A DNA stretch of 64,000 bases. It comes from an uncultured Methanolobus sp. (GTDB taxonomy: Archaea > Halobacteriota > Methanosarcinia > Methanosarcinales > Methanosarcinaceae). The notes beneath the pieces are model-generated. The model searched no databases, was not told the DNA's origin, and saw only the letters and a program-made list of their open reading frames with translations. The stretch is from the NCBI GenBank assembly GCA_963675495.1, contig OY776215.1, positions 2,496,001-2,560,000 of the forward strand, given 5' to 3'. The translations under genes and the position numbers were made by a program. Shown in pieces: positions 62,243-64,000 of the stretch (its first letter is position 1; every line of letters starts with the position of its first letter).

Positions 62243-62320
62243 ATAAAAAAAACCATAGTTCAAAAATGAGAGGACAGGTTGCTTTACGAGCAACCAGCCT
62301 TCTTTACTTTGTTTATGTGG

Positions 62321-63970
62321 TTAAAATCCAAGTGCCATTCTTATTAGGACTATAAATCCTACGAAGAGGTCAAGGACAATAAGTCCTCCAATGATCACGC
62401 CACCCATTTTCAGATATTTAGTGTCGAAGTCCAGTATAGACAGGGCATTTTTCACAGAATCCAACGTATCATTGGCCTTTTCAATGGTTCCTTTCGTTTC
62501 GACCATGATTGCATTGACGTTGTCAAGTAAAAGGTCGATACGTGGCTGTTCTTCTGTCCTTACATTTTCCAGTACACCGTGAAGTTCATCCAGTGTCTTT
62601 GGAATTGATCCCGGCTCTTCGATCCACTGGTTTGACAGAAGTTCGTATTTCCTTTCCATTTTCATGGACTGCCTGAAATAGAATGCTTTCTGGGCTTTCA
62701 TCAGATCATAGTTTCTCTGGTAACCATCAAATTTGGTACTGAGGGCTGCTGAGATCTTTGCACCATGTGGTTGCATTGCAGACATTGCATATCCTGGTGA
62801 CTTGTTAACTGCAGTTGCCATCCTTGCCATGTCTATTGCGGAAACGTTCGTAGCATCTACTTTAATGTCTGTTGGACTAGTCGCACTAGCGGCACTTGTT
62901 GCAACAGTTGATCTGGTGGCAGGCTGGGGGCTTGCGAGGTTTCGTACAGTACTGCCACTTATACTTGGATCTGCAGTTCTGACTGAATCCCTGATTTTGA
63001 CGTTATCTGACAATTTTTTCTCTTCAGCGACATTATCTGTTCCTGCATTCACATTGATATCTTTGTCATTAAGAGTATCTGCAATACTTATGTCGATATC
63101 ATGTATACTGGCTGCATCCATTACTTCATCAAGAACACTGCTGGTGTAGATACTCTCTTTTGGGACTTTAATAGCTCCTGCAGCTATCTCAAACTTGTTT
63201 TTAGGGTGGGTTTTTATTATATCGCCCAATTGTGCTGTAATTGTGTCCTTTCGTGAGATAAGTTCCTTATAGTAGAGTTTGTCCGTCTGGATCAATTCCA
63301 GTTGATCTCTTATTGAAGGACTGAGTTCTGTAATTGAAACAGGTACTTTTTTCTTTGTGATAAAAAGTTTCTTTACTTCCTGGAGTACCTCTTCACTCAC
63401 GTCGAGATTATCGTCAAGTGATGCGAGTATATCTTCTACCATCGGCTGTTCAATGGTATTGAACCGTTCAAGAACTTCTTTTGCATTATAAATGCCAGTG
63501 GTGAGTACGCCAGGTTCCTGATAGAATATGTCATGTATCTCCTTGTTCACAGCTGCAAGCTTTGCTAGCAGCATGAACGTTTCCATGATATCGTCAAAGC
63601 TGGAGATAAGATCCCATAAATTAAAATCGAAAACACCAGTTTCGTTTATGCCTTTTTCCTTGAGTTTGTTTTCAAGCTTTGTCTTTTCATGTTTCAGGGA
63701 ATCAAGCCTTGCTTTTTCCTCATCCCACAGATCAGCTTCACTTCTGGGGGTAAGTCTCTTTATGGTCAGAAGTTCTTCTGCTTCCTCTAATGTTGATTCG
63801 AGCTGTTCTCCCACTGCCTGCATGGTCGAACCAATCACTGCTAATGCTATTCCTACTTCTTCAGCAGCATTTCCTGCTGATTCTGCCGCATTTCCTGCCT
63901 GATAGATAGCTTTTCCAACTGTATATAAGCCACCTGTGGCAACGCCAAGTACAATGTCATGCCATGCCAT
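62321..63970 (-). CDS. Hypothetical coiled-coil protein with C-terminal TM anchor and internal duplication
   Basis: Long ORF (549 aa) with an AGGAAG SD-like element, an apolar Gly/Ala-rich N-terminus, a repeated EPG..VLE..T.EQP motif and a C-terminal hydrophobic helix. Confidence 0.8.
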   Translation of the reverse strand: MAWHDIVLGVATGGLYTVGKAIYQAGNAAESAGNAAEEVGIALAVIGSTMQAVGEQLESTLEEAEELLTIKRLTPRSEADLWDEEKARLDSLKHEKTKLENKLKEKGINETGVFDFNLWDLISSFDDIMETFMLLAKLAAVNKEIHDIFYQEPGVLTTGIYNAKEVLERFNTIEQPMVEDILASLDDNLDVSEEVLQEVKKLFITKKKVPVSITELSPSIRDQLELIQTDKLYYKELISRKDTITAQLGDIIKTHPKNKFEIAAGAIKVPKESIYTSSVLDEVMDAASIHDIDISIADTLNDKDINVNAGTDNVAEEKKLSDNVKIRDSVRTADPSISGSTVRNLASPQPATRSTVATSAASATSPTDIKVDATNVSAIDMARMATAVNKSPGYAMSAMQPHGAKISAALSTKFDGYQRNYDLMKAQKAFYFRQSMKMERKYELLSNQWIEEPGSIPKTLDELHGVLENVRTEEQPRIDLLLDNVNAIMVETKGTIEKANDTLDSVKNALSILDFDTKYLKMGGVIIGGLIVLDLFVGFIVLIRMALGF

Positions 63971-64000
63971 ATTTTTACTTCCTGTCGCAGTTCTATAATA

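Noticed and set aside
62-63902. Numerous 60-235 aa ORFs antisense to or overlapping recognised genes (e.g. 584-1099, 36050-36616, 49117-49824, 61040-61606)
   Set aside because: Shadow frames of well-supported genes, with no recognisable motifs.
1-64000. Genome-wide recoding of TAG to pyrrolysine
   Set aside because: TAG ends several genes at their expected C-termini (peroxiredoxin, radC, glmU, DUF54). Read-through of the peroxiredoxin stop would run through a T-rich terminator-like tract. No conserved gene here is interrupted by an internal TAG.
1-64000. CRISPR array, IS element, integrase or provirus
   Set aside because: I saw no regularly spaced repeats, transposase or integrase motifs, or duplicated tRNA 3' end. 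Short or degenerate elements could be missed by eye.

Overview
Core chromosome of a methanogenic archaeon. The gene content (archaeal ribosomal proteins S15/L15e/L37ae, proteasome, exosome, RNase P, methanogenesis markers 11 and 12, AhbC, a sarcinarray-type protein) points to Methanosarcinaceae; Methanolobus-like is my inference. About 60 CDS: a glmU-glmS-glmM-glmU amino-sugar operon, hisS, valS, proS, trpB2, hel308, hisD, cobA-hemD-ahbC, an SOR-ferritin-DsrE cluster, the L15e-RNase P-proteasome-exosome superoperon, paaK, lemA, radC and clpB. There is one intron-containing tRNA-Trp whose intron is a box C/D guide, and two candidate ribosomal-protein leader RNAs. I saw no CRISPR array, transposase or integrase. 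Best candidates for undescribed biology: (1) five proteins with class III (type IV pilin-like) signal peptides around hisS, including a 1352-aa giant whose 3' end and the next surface-protein gene form a compositionally distinct ~760-bp block that looks like a swapped cassette (possible polymorphic cell-recognition module); (2) a 549-aa tail-anchored orphan with an internal tandem duplication and a Gly/Ala-rich apolar N-terminus; (3) in-frame amber (TAG) junctions at cobA-hemD and rpl37ae-rpoP in a lineage that usually encodes pyrrolysine; (4) a probable CTG-initiated peroxiredoxin. All family assignments come from motif recognition, not database searches.
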